From: an uncultured Gemmatimonadales bacterium
GTDB lineage: Bacteria > Gemmatimonadota > Gemmatimonadetes > Gemmatimonadales > Gemmatimonadaceae
Assembly (NCBI GenBank): GCA_963793305.1
Contig: CAWBZV010000002.1
Span: forward strand, 704,001-768,000
Direction of reading: 5' to 3'
Length of the DNA stretch: 64,000 nt
Below the pieces are notes generated by a model. It was not told the DNA's origin. It saw only the letters and a program-made list of their open reading frames with translations, and did not search any database. Position 1 is the first letter of the stretch, and every line of letters starts with the position of its first letter. Of the stretch, positions 41,381 through 50,971 are shown one piece after another. A program made the position numbers and the translations under genes.

Positions 41381-42909
41381 GGCGTGCCTTCGTAGACCCA
41401 GTACGGGCGCCCAGACGCCCGTCCAGCGGCATCGGCTTGTGCGCGGGTCGGAAACGGTCCCGTGACCACGTGGTAGATAGTCGTGCCCTCTTGTTTCGTC
41501 TCGATCACGCGTGGATTGCGACCCGGTGCCGTGAGCAGCGTCGCCGCCGATCGGGCTGCGTCGGGACTCAACACTGCCGCAAATTGCACGGTGAACCCCG
41601 GTGCTGCCCGTCCGATGTTCCCGTGCGCGGTGTCGACTATGGCGTGTGACGCGGAAGGATTCAAGGCCGAGTCACGTTTGCTGTTTTCGATGACCCTCCC
41701 GATCGTGTCCGTCGTGTCGCGTTGCACGCCGTTGAACGTGACAGGCTGGTCGAGGCTCGCGGGACGGGGACGGAATCCGTTCCACCGGATCGGAATCCAA
41801 TAGTCTTTTGCCCCGCCGACCACCACGCGGCTTTTGGCGCCGGTCGTGGCGTCTACAAACACGACATCGTTCTTCACCGCCGTCGCCACCTGGCCGTCAG
41901 GTCCGACAAATGGCAGATCGGTCGTCCACGCCGTGTGAATCGTCGCGGCGATATGGTCAGTTCCAACCGCGAGGATCCACGCCGAGTCCCCGGAGAGTGG
42001 GCGGACGAGGATATAACGGCCCAGGGGGTCCATCCGCATGTCGATGGCCGCCCCTGGGATCTCGACGCCGGCGGTCGGACGGTCGGTGTAGCGGTCGATC
42101 ACTTGCAGCGTCGTCGTCGAGTCGAGCGCGACGTACAGCCGGTCCCCGCTGGGCGTCGCGGCGACCGCGCGGATCCTTCGAGGGAAAGAGATCGCGGGGA
42201 CGGCGGCCAGGTCGCGCCCGCGTACGGGCTCGATCGAGGAATCGGTGAGGAGGTATAGCCGTTCGCCCAGCTGCGTGCGGACGACGCGATCGGCCACGGG
42301 CGGCGGCAGGAGGACGGAGTCGAGCAGCCTGGACTCGGGCGGGCGGAGATGCCACAGAACTGTGCCCGCGCCGCCGCGTCGAGCCGCCACGACAATGATC
42401 GACCCATCGGGGCGGGGCGCCACGTCGCGCACGGCCGCTGGGGCGGTGAAGATCCACGGCGTGGCGTCGGTCTGCGTCAGGCGCGCGACCTCGCCCTTGG
42501 CGTCGATTCCATAGACAGCCTGGCCGTCGCTCGTCGCCAGACCCGTCAGCTTGACCGTGGGCGGCGGTGCGATCCCACCCTGGCGCAGATCGAACCGCCG
42601 GAGTGCACCGCGCGCATCGACCACCGCAACCGAGCCGGCATCATCGTCGAACGCCAGCACGCGAGCGACGGCCGGGGCCTTGTCGACCGATGTCCAGATC
42701 GCGGTATCGAGTGCGCCGTAGGCGTACGCGCGCAACGGAGCACCACCTACGCGCGCAACGCGCAGGATGACGGGATCAGGACCTGGCGGTGTGGCGGTCG
42801 TTGTGGAGGCGGCGGAGTGATCCCCCGGCGTCACCGTCGAGGCAGCGCGCCGGTCCGATCGACCGCAAGCGACAATCGCGAGCGCTACCGCCGCGAGCGA
42901 GGTGCGCAC
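41377..42909 (-). CDS. lipoprotein with a beta-propeller-like region and a C-terminal SPOR domain
   Basis: GTG 42909 after TAGTTT; lipobox IVAC; C-terminal FTVQFAA...YHVVTGPFPTRAQA. Confidence 0.8.
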   Translation of the reverse strand: MRTSLAAVALAIVACGRSDRRAASTVTPGDHSAASTTTATPPGPDPVILRVARVGGAPLRAYAYGALDTAIWTSVDKAPAVARVLAFDDDAGSVAVVDARGALRRFDLRQGGIAPPPTVKLTGLATSDGQAVYGIDAKGEVARLTQTDATPWIFTAPAAVRDVAPRPDGSIIVVAARRGGAGTVLWHLRPPESRLLDSVLLPPPVADRVVRTQLGERLYLLTDSSIEPVRGRDLAAVPAISFPRRIRAVAATPSGDRLYVALDSTTTLQVIDRYTDRPTAGVEIPGAAIDMRMDPLGRYILVRPLSGDSAWILAVGTDHIAATIHTAWTTDLPFVGPDGQVATAVKNDVVFVDATTGAKSRVVVGGAKDYWIPIRWNGFRPRPASLDQPVTFNGVQRDTTDTIGRVIENSKRDSALNPSASHAIVDTAHGNIGRAAPGFTVQFAAVLSPDAARSAATLLTAPGRNPRVIETKQEGTTIYHVVTGPFPTRAQADAAGRASGRPYWVYEGTP

Positions 42910-42949
42910 GCGGCGGAAACTACGACACTGACGCAGTCGCTGGTAGGGG

Positions 42950-45900
42950 TCAGAAGCTCGGTCCGATCGACCATCGCCAGTACCCGGAACCGTGGATCGA
43001 GAGTGGGATCGCATAGTCCCATCGCAGCACCGCGATGTTGTAGAGATTGAGCCGAAGCCCCGCGCCATAACTGGCGAGTGGGTAGCGTTGCAGCGCCTCG
43101 TTGTAGTTGCGCGGGCGCTGAACGTAGACCGTCTGTCCCCGGCTCCACGCCATTCCGACGTTGGCGAAGAGGAGGCCGTCGAGCGGCGGAAATACGACGG
43201 GCACGAACCCGACGGGGATGTCGCGCTCGAGCGGGAATCGCAGCTCGATGTTGCCGACGGCGACGCGACTGCCGAACAACTCATTGAGATTACACGAGGC
43301 CGCCTGCCCGACCTGCGGCGTGCAGCCACCGCCGGTGTAGAAGTTGTCGCGGTCGTATCCGCGCAGGAAATAGGGGTTCCCGATGTATTTCGGGATGAAA
43401 TCTTCACCGGCGCCATACGAGAGATCGGCCATGGCGCGCATCGCCAGCGTGACATAGTCGAACACGATCGGTTCATAGCGTCGATAATCGATCGCGTATT
43501 CCATCCAATGCTCGACGCCGAACGCGGGCTCGAACTGCAGTCGATATCTGCTCCCGGAGATGGGTCCCATATACGATTGGAGCGTATTGTCTTGGACGTA
43601 CGCGACGAACGGTTGCAGAAAATCGGCCCCGCCGTGTCCCCGAGTGCTGTCGAGATTGTAGCCTGACGCCTCATTCTGACTCGGCACGAGCGTGCGCCCG
43701 AGATAATACGTCGTCAGATCGATGTTATTGAATCGCGCACCGAGCTCGATTCGCGTGAACCGGTTCAGCGGATACTGCGCGAGGCCGAAGGCGGTGCGGT
43801 AAATTTGCCGCGTCAGCGCCTGCGTCTCTGTCAAGGAATCCGTCTTACTCGTCTGGGCAATCACATCGCCGGTGAGAAGAAAAACGGGCGCTTCAGAAAT
43901 GCCGACCGCGAACTGGATCCGGTGCGCGAGGTTCGCATACGACGCGAACGCGATGGCATCGGCGATGTTGCCATTGAGCTGGCCGGCGAACGAGAGGTGC
44001 TGGTCGCCGAGCAAGTCGCTCATGAAGATGGCGGTGCCGCCAAAGATGCCGCTGCCGTAGGCGTCGGCGCCGTAGCCGATCGTTGGCTCTGCGATGTAGT
44101 CCGCCGTGAAGGACGGATGATACGCAAAATCTTTAAACCGCGTCGTATCAGGCAACACGGCGCCGGCGCTGTCGATTCGCGCCAGCGTCAGCGTGCGCGG
44201 CGGAGCGGCGAGCCGTGTCGAGTCCTGTGGCGCGACGACGGTCGGCATCGCGCGAGGGGCATCGACGGACCACACCTCGTAGTGACCGTTCTCGTAATAC
44301 GAGAATGCGAGGCGATCGGCGTCCCGTGCCCATGAGAGCACCGGACTCCATTCAGTCACACCGTTCACCATCCCAACGACGTTCGTGATCTGACGGCTGC
44401 TCCGGCTCGCCAGATCGTACAGGAAAACGTTGGCCGTCCCCGTACGATCCGAGACGTAGGCGATCGATCCACCGTCCGGCGACCACTGTGGATTGGTGTT
44501 TAATCCAACCTGGTCTGGTAGGACGTCAATCGTTCCGGATGAGAGATCGTAGATCGCGATGACGAGCTTTGGAAAATGCAACTCGGCGAGTGACAACCCC
44601 GGCCCCCGTTCCGTCGCGAAGGCAATGGATTGACCGTCGGGAGACCATTGGGCCTGAATGTCACCGAGGACGTCGTGGGTCAGCGCGCGGAACCCGGTTC
44701 CGGACGTGTCGACGACGTAGAGATCGGTGACGCCGCCCTTGGTGCCGCTGAATGCGATGCGAGAGCCGTCGGGAGACCAGGTGGGCCCGGTGACACCGTC
44801 GACCGGAAGCTGATAGCGCCGTCGCACGGATCGGCGCGCCACATCCAGGACGTACAGCACATCTTTCCCGCCGCGCTGCGCGGTAAATGCCAGGAGGCGG
44901 CCGTCCGGTGAGAACGCGGGTTGCGAGTAGACGATGCGCAACTCCTCGAAGTCCGGGTTCGTCGCCGTGCGCACGAGTCGGGCGATGCGCTTCCCGGTGA
45001 TCGCGTCGCCAAGCCACAGATCCGGGAAGACCTCGCCGCGCAGAAAGCTGCCCGTGGCGACGAAGACGACCCTTGTGCCGTCCGGGGAGAGCACCGGATT
45101 GTAGTAGATGTCGCGGCCGCCCGTGCGCCGCGCCGTCAATACGGGCTTGGCGAATGTGCGAACCCGCTGGCGGTCGGCGACCGACGGCAGGTATGTCTCG
45201 CGGACTGACTGCCGCCAGGCATTGCTCAGGTCGGACTCCGACATCGCCAGCTGCCGCGCGATCGCGTGCTCGACGCCGACGCTCGGGACATTGGCCATGA
45301 TGTCGCCGATGACGTCATCGCCCCAGCGGCGGCCGATGTATTCGAAGACGGACTCGCCGTAGCGATACGGGAAATATCGGTCCGGGCGGTCGGCCAGCTG
45401 CCGGATCGTCGGCAAGCGATCGGTGAGCGCGGCATTGCGCATGATGCTGGCGGTGGCCGAATGCGTGGGGCCGATCGACAGGTACTCGGCCATCCCCTCG
45501 GCGAACCACGCCGGCATGCCGTTTCGGATCAGGGCGGAGAGGCCCCAGCCGGCATGGCCATGATTGTAGAAGTCGTACTGGAACTGGTGCACCATCTCGT
45601 GCGTGACGACGTGCTCGCTCTCGCGCATCGTCGCCAGCAGGAACAGCGTGTTCCGCTGGCGCATGGCATTGGTGACGCCCTCGACGCCCTCGCCGAGGTC
45701 GCCGAACAGGTTGTTCTCGGCGAAGTCCGCCCTCGACGCGTAGACGATAATCGGCTTTCGCTCTCGAAACTCGTGGCCGAAGACTTTCGAGAGTCGCTGA
45801 TACGACCGCTCGGCCATCCGCGCGAGATCGAACGCGGCTTCGCGCTCCTCGGGATAGTAGTGGACCGTGAAATGCTCGGTCTGCAGTACTCGCCAGTGGA

Positions 45901-46036
45901 AGTGCCGATACTCGACCTGGTTCTGGCCAAAGTACTCTTGCGCGCCCAACGCGGTGCTGACACCGGCCAACGCCAGCGCCAGTACTAGGGTGCCGCTTGT
46001 TCGGCTCCAGCCGCGACGAGCTCCGCGTCCCCCCAC
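42950..46036 (-). CDS. Omp85/BamA-TamA family protein with an N-terminal HExxH peptidase-like domain and PD40 repeats (start approximate)
   Basis: YFGQNQV; HEMVH...WFAEGMAEY; several SPDG PD40 repeats; LRGY, ELRFP, YGAGLR, C-terminal IGPSF. Confidence 0.85.
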   Translation of the reverse strand: MGGRGARRGWSRTSGTLVLALALAGVSTALGAQEYFGQNQVEYRHFHWRVLQTEHFTVHYYPEEREAAFDLARMAERSYQRLSKVFGHEFRERKPIIVYASRADFAENNLFGDLGEGVEGVTNAMRQRNTLFLLATMRESEHVVTHEMVHQFQYDFYNHGHAGWGLSALIRNGMPAWFAEGMAEYLSIGPTHSATASIMRNAALTDRLPTIRQLADRPDRYFPYRYGESVFEYIGRRWGDDVIGDIMANVPSVGVEHAIARQLAMSESDLSNAWRQSVRETYLPSVADRQRVRTFAKPVLTARRTGGRDIYYNPVLSPDGTRVVFVATGSFLRGEVFPDLWLGDAITGKRIARLVRTATNPDFEELRIVYSQPAFSPDGRLLAFTAQRGGKDVLYVLDVARRSVRRRYQLPVDGVTGPTWSPDGSRIAFSGTKGGVTDLYVVDTSGTGFRALTHDVLGDIQAQWSPDGQSIAFATERGPGLSLAELHFPKLVIAIYDLSSGTIDVLPDQVGLNTNPQWSPDGGSIAYVSDRTGTANVFLYDLASRSSRQITNVVGMVNGVTEWSPVLSWARDADRLAFSYYENGHYEVWSVDAPRAMPTVVAPQDSTRLAAPPRTLTLARIDSAGAVLPDTTRFKDFAYHPSFTADYIAEPTIGYGADAYGSGIFGGTAIFMSDLLGDQHLSFAGQLNGNIADAIAFASYANLAHRIQFAVGISEAPVFLLTGDVIAQTSKTDSLTETQALTRQIYRTAFGLAQYPLNRFTRIELGARFNNIDLTTYYLGRTLVPSQNEASGYNLDSTRGHGGADFLQPFVAYVQDNTLQSYMGPISGSRYRLQFEPAFGVEHWMEYAIDYRRYEPIVFDYVTLAMRAMADLSYGAGEDFIPKYIGNPYFLRGYDRDNFYTGGGCTPQVGQAASCNLNELFGSRVAVGNIELRFPLERDIPVGFVPVVFPPLDGLLFANVGMAWSRGQTVYVQRPRNYNEALQRYPLASYGAGLRLNLYNIAVLRWDYAIPLSIHGSGYWRWSIGPSF

Positions 46037-46348
46037 AGTCGCTCCAGTTGGTAGAACGACCGGACGGTGGGATGAAACACGTGGACCACGAAGTCCACAT
46101 AGTCCAGCAAGACCCACCGTCCCTGCTGCATGCCTTCGACATGATAGACGGGCATGCCCTCTTTCTTCAGCTCCGCCACCACATGCTCCGCGACACTACG
46201 GACATGGACGTTCAGAAGTTCCGCTGGCGATGACGAAGAAATCCGTCATGTCCGAGACGGGCTGAAGGTTGAGGATCACGACATCCTGGGCCTTGCGGTC
46301 GAGACAGAGGGCGGCGGCGCGCCGCGCGGTAGGTTCGGACTGCGTCAC
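45985..46348 (-). CDS. rsfS: ribosome silencing factor; apparent +1 frameshift at ~46211
   Basis: DRKAQDV, TDFFVIASG; second frame EG...WVLLDY.DFVVHVF...R.FYQLERLW; deleting one base restores GTSDVHVR. Confidence 0.93.
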
Positions 46349-46349
46349 G

Positions 46350-46793
46350 CTATGCCTTGATGACCCACACTTTGATTTCGGGACGAACATCGGCATGCAG
46401 GCGGATCGGCACCCGGTACACGCCGAGTGCGCGAATCGGCTCGTGGAGATCGACCTGCCGCTTCTCGATCACGTACCCCTGACCCTCGAGTTGGTGCGCG
46501 ATGTCGCTCGCGGTGACCGACCCAAACAGCTTGCCCTCTTCCCCGACGCGGGCCGAGAAGGTCAAGGAGACCTGGCCCAGCTTGTCCGCGACACCCTGCG
46601 CGGAGTCACGGCGGGCCGACTCGGCCGCCTCCAGCCGCTGACGCTCCTGCTCGATGCGCTTCTTGTACCCGTCTGTCGCGGGATACGCGAGGCCGCGCGG
46701 CAACAGGTAGTTCCGGCCGAAACCGTCGGAGACCTTCACGATGTCGCCGGGATGCCCGACGTTCTCAACTGCTTGTCTGAGAATTACCTCCAC
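46350..46793 (-). CDS. rplI: 50S ribosomal protein L9
   Basis: MEVIL, VKVSDGFGRNYLLP, GKLFGSVT, PIRALG. Confidence 0.98.
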   Translation of the reverse strand: MEVILRQAVENVGHPGDIVKVSDGFGRNYLLPRGLAYPATDGYKKRIEQERQRLEAAESARRDSAQGVADKLGQVSLTFSARVGEEGKLFGSVTASDIAHQLEGQGYVIEKRQVDLHEPIRALGVYRVPIRLHADVRPEIKVWVIKA

Positions 46794-46809
46794 GTTCCTC
46801 TCCTCGTAA

Positions 46810-47856
46810 TCAGGTAGTAGGGCGAGCCTTCGCCCGCCAATCTTCCCACGTATCGCCGAGCCCGATGAGGCCGAGCCCGAGCGCGAATGCGGGCGCGAGC
46901 AGCCCCGCGAGTAACGCCACGGCGAGCACCGTCACCAGCCCCGGCCGCGCCGACCGAAGGAACCAGGCCAGCACTCCGGTCCCCCGTACTGCGTACAGCG
47001 TGCCGAAGAACAACGTGAGGTTCGCACCCACGTTTCGCCACGCGTGGAGCGTCGGCACGACCAGAAACACGATCCCGACGATCACGCCCCAAACCAACTG
47101 ATCGTTGAACCGGAAGTCCCGCAGTCGGGCCAATGGCAGCCCAATGCGGGCCCGGCTCAGCCGATGATACAATGCCCACGCCAGCGCGAGCGCGCACAGC
47201 GACTCCAGCAGCAGTAACGCGGGGAAGAACCGCTCACTTTCCCGCGCCGGCACCGTCGTGACCAGCTCGCGCATCGCCTGCTGCATCTCTTCGGCGCTGG
47301 CGCGACCCTCCGGTCCCACTGCCGTGAGCGCGTTCTGGGACGCCTTCACCGACTGCTGCCACTCCTGCTCGGCGATCGCCGTTCGCCGATTGATCTCGCC
47401 CTCGATCGTCCGTGTCACGGTCGCCGCGGGACGCGCGGCGCCGAGAAATGCGACCGCCGCTAGAGACAACGCAACCACGAGCGTCACGAGCGCGCGCGTG
47501 AAGAACCGCGCCGAGGGAACCGCCAAGGACACGAACCCGAAGGCCGCGGCCAGCAGCACGGCCCAGCCGCGCTCGAGCTCCACATACGCGACGCTCACGC
47601 CAGCCGGCGCGGGCGCCGAGAACAGTGCCCCAACGGCGAGGAGTACCCAGGCGGCCGCGATCAGGAAGCGACCTCCCGAGACCCAGCCGACGAGCGCGCA
47701 CGCTGCCAGCAGCGGCACGAGCAGCACGACGGGCTGCGCGATGGGTCCGAGGACCTGTAGCACCGGTGTGGCCGGCAGCAGGAGAAAGCTGGCCAGCGCC
47801 GATAGAAACAGCACCCACCCGTGTTCACGCGGGGCGGCTGCCTCACCGGTGCTCAT
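46810..47856 (-). CDS. DUF2232/YybS-like membrane protein
   Basis: Multi-TM; located between rpsR and rplI; FRF..QLVW, N..LFF..LY..RG, LGLGDTW.DWR. Confidence 0.78.
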   Translation of the reverse strand: MSTGEAAAPREHGWVLFLSALASFLLLPATPVLQVLGPIAQPVVLLVPLLAACALVGWVSGGRFLIAAAWVLLAVGALFSAPAPAGVSVAYVELERGWAVLLAAAFGFVSLAVPSARFFTRALVTLVVALSLAAVAFLGAARPAATVTRTIEGEINRRTAIAEQEWQQSVKASQNALTAVGPEGRASAEEMQQAMRELVTTVPARESERFFPALLLLESLCALALAWALYHRLSRARIGLPLARLRDFRFNDQLVWGVIVGIVFLVVPTLHAWRNVGANLTLFFGTLYAVRGTGVLAWFLRSARPGLVTVLAVALLAGLLAPAFALGLGLIGLGDTWEDWRAKARPTT

Positions 47857-47859
47857 GCG

Positions 47860-48090
47860 TTACGCCGTGTGCCCCTTGATGTACGGGATGAGCGCGAGGA
47901 AGCGGGCGCGTTTGATCGCGGTCGACAGCTGACGCTGATGCCGCGCGCACGTGCCACTCAGCCGACTCGGCAGAATCTTCCCGTGGTCCGTGATGAAGCG
48001 ACCGAGCGTGCGATCATCCTTGTAATCAATGAACCGCACACGCGTCTCGCAGAACGGACATGACTTCTGTTGCCGGCGCATGGTTGTCAT
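47860..48090 (-). CDS. rpsR: 30S ribosomal protein S18
   Basis: [39 protein letters not shown]. Confidence 0.98.
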   Translation of the reverse strand: MTTMRRQQKSCPFCETRVRFIDYKDDRTLGRFITDHGKILPSRLSGTCARHQRQLSTAIKRARFLALIPYIKGHTA

Positions 48091-48459
48091 CTATTCCTCG
48101 TCGTCATCGTCATCGTCACCACGACGGTTGCGCGCGGCTACCAGATCCTCGTCGGACATTGGAGGCGCACCGACCTCGTGCTCGAACAGCGTGATCAAAT
48201 AGCGGACGACGCCCTCGTCGAGCTTGAGCGCCCGCTCGAACTCCGGCAGCACCGTGGGCTCGACGTTGAACCGGGCAACGACATAGTACCCGGTCTCGCG
48301 CGGTCCGATTGTGTAAGCAAGTTGCCGGCGACCCCAATGGTCGACTTTCATCTCGCCTGCCGCGTGCAGCAATGCGTGTAGGCGATTGAGCTTCTCGGCA
48401 ATGGCGGTGTCTTCGAGCGTTGAATCGAAGATGTAGACCGCCTCGTATTCACGTGGCAT
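48091..48459 (-). CDS. rpsF: 30S ribosomal protein S6
   Basis: REYEAVYI, WGRRQLAYTI, GYYV, acidic tail; GGAGG RBS before ATG 48459. Confidence 0.97.
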   Translation of the reverse strand: MPREYEAVYIFDSTLEDTAIAEKLNRLHALLHAAGEMKVDHWGRRQLAYTIGPRETGYYVVARFNVEPTVLPEFERALKLDEGVVRYLITLFEHEVGAPPMSDEDLVAARNRRGDDDDDDEE

Positions 48460-48465
48460 CGCGAG

Positions 48466-48520
48466 CCTCCCTGTGGTCTCATGAGCCGCCCCTCGCGGGC
48501 TCGTGACCGCGAGAGGAGGG
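48466..48520 (-). promoter_or_regulatory. putative rpsF leader hairpin that sequesters the SD (S6:S18-type autoregulatory element)
   Basis: Minus strand CCUCC...GGUC...GAGC...GCUC...GACC...GGAGG can fold with the SD paired. Confidence 0.55.
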
Positions 48521-48539
48521 TAAGTTGTCGGAACTCCGT

Positions 48540-48568
48540 AACTTAACTTAGACGTTGAAACGGAACAA
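48540..48568 (-). promoter_or_regulatory. putative sigma-70 promoter for the rpsF operon
   Basis: TTGTTC - 17 bp - TAAGTT. Confidence 0.45.
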
Positions 48569-49648
48569 CATGACGTCGCCGTCCTGGACGACGTACTCTT
48601 TGCCCTCGGATCGCACGACGCCTTTGTCGCGGGCCCCTTTCCAGCCGCTATTGGCGACGAACGCGTCGTAGGCGACCGTCTCGGCGCGGATAAAACCGCG
48701 TTCGAAGTCCGTATGTATGACGCCAGCGGCAACCGGAGCGGTGTCGCCGCGATGGATCGTCCAGGCCCGCACCTCCTGCTCGCCGGCCGTGAAGTATGTC
48801 TCGAGGCCGAGGAGCTCGTAGCTGGCGCGGATCAGGCGGTCGAGACCGGCGGACTCTAGGCCAAGGGACGCGAGGAACTCCGTGCGCTCCTCTGGCGAGA
48901 GCTCCGCCAGCTCGGCCTCGATGCGCGCCGAGAACGGGACAACGTCGGCGTGCTCGCCCGATGCCTTGATTGCCTCTCGGAGCGCCGTGAGATACTTGCC
49001 CTCGTGCCCCGCCAGTTCGCTCTCGGTCACGTTGGCGGCGTAGAGCACGGGCTTGACTGTGAGCAATGCCAACGGGGCCAGTATCGCGCGCTGTTCCGTC
49101 GACAGATGCAATTCCCACAGGGGCTGGCCCTTCTGCAGCGCCGCGTACGCCACTTCGAGAGTCGGAAGCTCGGCCAGTGCGGCCTTGTCGTTCGACTTTG
49201 CGCTGCGCCGCGTCTTGTCCAGCCGCTTCTCGACGACCGAGAGATCGGCCAGCGCCAATTCGAACTCGATGACCTCGCGATCGCGCACGGGATCGACCGC
49301 GCCCATGACGTGCGTGACGTCGGGGTCGTCAAAAGCCCGCACGACGTGCACGATGGCATTGGTCTCGCGGATATTCGCGAGGAACTTGTTGCCGAGTCCC
49401 TCGCCCTCGGATGCGCCCTTGACGAGTCCGGCGATGTCGACGAATTGCACGACAGCCGGCACGACTTTTTTTGGATGCACGATGTCGGCGAGAACCGGAA
49501 GGCGAGCGTCGGGTACTTCGACCATGCCGACGTTCGGCTCGACGGTGCAGAACGGATAGTTCGCTGCCTCGGCCTTGGCCGCGGTCAGTGCATTGAACAA
49601 CGTCGATTTGCCGACGTTGGGGAGTCCAACGATTCCAAGTTTAAGCAT
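48548..49648 (-). CDS. ychF: redox-regulated ATPase YchF
   Basis: GIVGLPNVGKSTLFNA, ANYPFCT, DIAGLVKG, IHTDFERGFIRAE, EGKEYVVQDGD. Confidence 0.98.
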   Translation of the reverse strand: MLKLGIVGLPNVGKSTLFNALTAAKAEAANYPFCTVEPNVGMVEVPDARLPVLADIVHPKKVVPAVVQFVDIAGLVKGASEGEGLGNKFLANIRETNAIVHVVRAFDDPDVTHVMGAVDPVRDREVIEFELALADLSVVEKRLDKTRRSAKSNDKAALAELPTLEVAYAALQKGQPLWELHLSTEQRAILAPLALLTVKPVLYAANVTESELAGHEGKYLTALREAIKASGEHADVVPFSARIEAELAELSPEERTEFLASLGLESAGLDRLIRASYELLGLETYFTAGEQEVRAWTIHRGDTAPVAAGVIHTDFERGFIRAETVAYDAFVANSGWKGARDKGVVRSEGKEYVVQDGDVMLFRFNV

Positions 49649-50204
49649 TGTATTTGTTCATGGCGCCGCCGATGCCATCCCGCAGCCACGTTTCGATGGC
49701 AGCCTGATAGTCAGGCATGCGCTCGATGATCACGGCCCGCTCGGCCTTTCCGAACGGTCCCAGCACGAAGTCAGCCAGGTCGCCGTGCTCATGCTCAGGC
49801 GCAATGCCAATGCGCATACGGGCGTACTCGCGCGAGCCGATCTCGTGCTCGATGCTTTTGAGACCATTGTGGCCGCCCGCGCTGCCATCCGCTCGGAGCC
49901 GAAGCTTGCCGAGTGGGAGCTGGACCTCGTCGACCACCACGAGAAGGTCGGTAACGGGCGACCAGAATGCCTTGCGCAAGTACGGCTTGAGAACGGCGCC
50001 GCTCAGGTTCATGTACGTCAGAGGCTTGATAAGTCGGGTGCGGATAGGGCCGACCGTGCCGGACGCGACGAGGGCGTCGCCATCCTTTTTCCAACGGTCG
50101 AAATGCCAAACGTCGGCTAGGTGGTCGACCACCCACCAGCCGACGTTGTGACGCGTGGCTTCGTATTCTCGCCCCGGGTTCCCGAGGCCGAGGATCACTT
50201 TCAG
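49641..50204 (-). CDS. pth: peptidyl-tRNA hydrolase
   Basis: LGLGNPG..Y..TRHNVG, KPLTYMNLSG, GGHNGLKS; CTG at 50204 gives MKVILGLGNPG. Confidence 0.97.
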   Translation of the reverse strand: MKVILGLGNPGREYEATRHNVGWWVVDHLADVWHFDRWKKDGDALVASGTVGPIRTRLIKPLTYMNLSGAVLKPYLRKAFWSPVTDLLVVVDEVQLPLGKLRLRADGSAGGHNGLKSIEHEIGSREYARMRIGIAPEHEHGDLADFVLGPFGKAERAVIIERMPDYQAAIETWLRDGIGGAMNKYNA

Positions 50205-50207
50205 TGG

Positions 50208-50876
50208 CTATTTCTCCTCGGTCTCCTCATCCGTCTTCTTCGCGCGGATCACTTCGGGCTCCGCTGCCGGTGCCACTTCGGCGCCCTCGGCTGCCGGCGC
50301 CGCGGCTTCCTCGATCACCGCACGCGGGGCCGAGACGACGACGATCGTCGTGTCGCCTTCGGTAAGGGCGGTCACGCCCGCCGGGAGCGTGAGGTCGCTG
50401 ACGTGGACCGACTCGCCGATCTTCATGTTCTCGACGTTGACGTTGATGTGGTTCGGCATGTTCACCGGGTCGACCTCGATTTCGAGGTCACGCAGCGTCT
50501 GGTCCATCACGCCGCCCTCGAGGCGAACGCCTTCGGGTATGCCGACCAGCACGATCGGGATGCGTACAAAGACCGTTTCGCCGGCGACCAGTTCCTGAAA
50601 GTCGACGTGGAGATACTCGCGCTTGAACGGATGACGCTGGATCTCGCGGATCAGCGTCCGCGACGTCTTGCCGCCGACCGCCAGCTCAATCACCGTGCTC
50701 TCGGCCGAGATGTGCTCGAGAAGCTTCTCGAAGTCGCGCGTGTTGATCGCGAGCGCCTGCGGCTCTCTCGCATGGCCGTAGATAATCCCCGGAATCTGCC
50801 CGGCCGCCCGCATTTTTCTCGCGACGCCCTTCCCGGTTCCCGTTCTCGGCGTCGCTGTCAACTGTGCTGTTGCCAT
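50208..50876 (-). CDS. rplY: 50S ribosomal protein L25 / general stress protein Ctc
   Basis: GKGVARKMR..GQIPGIIYG, IQRHP, HVDF; long Ctc-type C-terminal domain. Confidence 0.97.
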   Translation of the reverse strand: MATAQLTATPRTGTGKGVARKMRAAGQIPGIIYGHAREPQALAINTRDFEKLLEHISAESTVIELAVGGKTSRTLIREIQRHPFKREYLHVDFQELVAGETVFVRIPIVLVGIPEGVRLEGGVMDQTLRDLEIEVDPVNMPNHINVNVENMKIGESVHVSDLTLPAGVTALTEGDTTIVVVSAPRAVIEEAAAPAAEGAEVAPAAEPEVIRAKKTDEETEEK

Positions 50877-50971
50877 CCCAATATCTCCTCGCGCCTTCGG
50901 CGCTTCGTCGCCTTGCTCCTACCTGTCCCACATTCTGCGTGCACGCGAAGCGTGCCGCAGTCTAGTCTTTT

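Noticed and set aside
42910..43674. N-terminal extension of the 765-aa ORF 41377..43674
   Set aside because: It overlaps the Omp85 gene out of frame; the lipoprotein signal and promoter place the start at 42909
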